Shown here: one piece after another, positions 62,968 through 64,000 of the stretch
Numbering within the stretch: position 1 is the stretch's first letter
Layout of the letters: each line of letters opens with the position of its first letter
DNA from: an uncultured Acidobacteriota bacterium
GTDB lineage: Bacteria; Acidobacteriota; Thermoanaerobaculia; Gp7-AA8
Direction of reading: 5' to 3'
NCBI GenBank assembly: GCA_963822445.1
Contig: CAWGHO010000001.1
Coordinates: 1,184,001-1,248,000 of the forward strand
DNA length: 64,000 nt
The notes under the pieces: generated by a model
The model's database searches: none
The model's input: only the letters and a program-made list of their open reading frames with translations
Told to the model about the DNA's origin: nothing
Position numbers and translations under genes: made by a program

Positions 62968-64000
62968 GCGCCGATGATCGTCCGCGGGCCCATTTGTGCG
63001 ACCTCGGAGCGCGGACTGATGAGGAGCCATGGACTGGCGACTTCCGACCGGACGATCTCCGGCAGGATCGGCGTGAGCATCAACATATTGATCCGTGGAT
63101 CTCTGGTAAACGGCTGCCGCAGAATCGCGAGCAACTCCGCATGATCGGGATGCGACGGCGAGGTCACGTCGGCTTTCGCGAAAACGCTCTCGTCGAACGA
63201 GCCGTAATTCGTCAGACGCTGCAGCCAGATGCTGTCGACGCCGAGACGGTCGCCGAGGGCGATGAAGTCGGGAAGCTCGCGGAAGTTGTCGGCCTGGACG
63301 ACGAAGTTGATCTGCAGACGGCGGATCTCCCCGGACGCGCGCATCCGCGCGATCAGCTCCAGGTTTTCCATGAGCACGTTCCACTTGCCGGGGCGGCGCA
63401 GCCGCTCGTAGGTCTCGGCCCGGGCGGCGTCGATGGAGATCGAAAGATTGCCGATCATCTCCGGCAGCTCGGGGAACTCGGCCCATCGCTTCGCGGTGAG
63501 CAGCTGCGCGTTCGTGATCAGGAAGACATACAGCCCCGGAAAGTCGTTCCGGTTCAGCGAGGCCAGGATCTTCCGGTAGTGCGTGCTCGAGAACGCCTCA
63601 CCGCCGCCGGAGATGTAGGTCATGCCGGTCATTTTGCGCAGGAGCGGGAGCAGCACGCGGTCCGCGGACTCGAGGTAGACCCGCTGCTCGTCGGGTCCGG
63701 CCGTGACGATGCCGGTCCGGCACGACGGGCAGGCCAGGTTGCAGGTCTGGTCGTGATTCATCTCCACCATGCCCGGCGACTCTTCGACGACGAGAGTGCG
63801 CTCGGCGATGTAGCGGAGCAGAAGGGGATCGGTGACCTCCGTTTTTTTCGGCAGGGAGCGGCCGGCGATGTACGAGCAGAGCGTGCGGCTGCAGTACTTG
63901 AAATCGCCGTCGTGGATGGAGCGCCGGATCTCCACGGCCGCCTCCGAATTCCAGATCGCCTCGGCAGACGGCGCCTCGACCACGTTGCCGACCGGATAGG
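62964..64000 (-). CDS. Radical SAM protein with N-terminal SPASM-like segment (5' partial)
   Basis: CNLACPSC (CX3CX2C), GGEAF, ITNAQLL and ISIDAA..ETYERLR; upstream GN......IWNS.....IR...C....C. Confidence 0.85.
   Translation of the reverse strand, partial: YPVGNVVEAPSAEAIWNSEAAVEIRRSIHDGDFKYCSRTLCSYIAGRSLPKKTEVTDPLLLRYIAERTLVVEESPGMVEMNHDQTCNLACPSCRTGIVTAGPDEQRVYLESADRVLLPLLRKMTGMTYISGGGEAFSSTHYRKILASLNRNDFPGLYVFLITNAQLLTAKRWAEFPELPEMIGNLSISIDAARAETYERLRRPGKWNVLMENLELIARMRASGEIRRLQINFVVQADNFRELPDFIALGDRLGVDSIWLQRLTNYGSFDESVFAKADVTSPSHPDHAELLAILRQPFTRDPRINMLMLTPILPEIVRSEVASPWLLISPRSEVAQMGPRTIIGA

Noticed and set aside
62968-63486. N-terminal extension of the TylF ORF (402 aa)
   Set aside because: Overlaps the radical SAM gene out of frame; the GTG at 62967 fits translational coupling.

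Overview
High-GC bacterial genomic segment. The gene repertoire and C-terminal RRRxVR-type motif suggest Acidobacteriota, possibly Thermoanaerobaculia (inference only). It is dominated by signalling genes: a giant poly-HAMP hybrid histidine kinase with cheR/cheB, several other histidine kinases, a diguanylate cyclase and two Ser/Thr kinases. It also carries transport, hydrolase and secreted-protein genes, and a near-complete alpha-2-macroglobulin that the ORF track missed. The most notable structure is an integrase-less integron-like cassette array at about 41.9-47.8 kb. It has an attI-like site, three unusually long (about 180-200 bp) covarying attC-like hairpins and cassettes whose 9-bp ends are exactly complementary. 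One cassette appears to be nested inside another at a mini-palindromic site, one attC has been hit by two different IS elements (IS481 family and IS186-like IS4 family), and one cassette carries a MenA/MenT-like toxin-antitoxin pair. Other patterns: many genes with a TANNNT box exactly 7 nt before ATG (leaderless transcription), micro-insertions at gene junctions that keep translational coupling through tiny ORFs, inverted octamer arrays, and REP-like elements. Several clustered frameshifts look like long-read indel errors. No rRNA, tRNA or CRISPR array was recognised.
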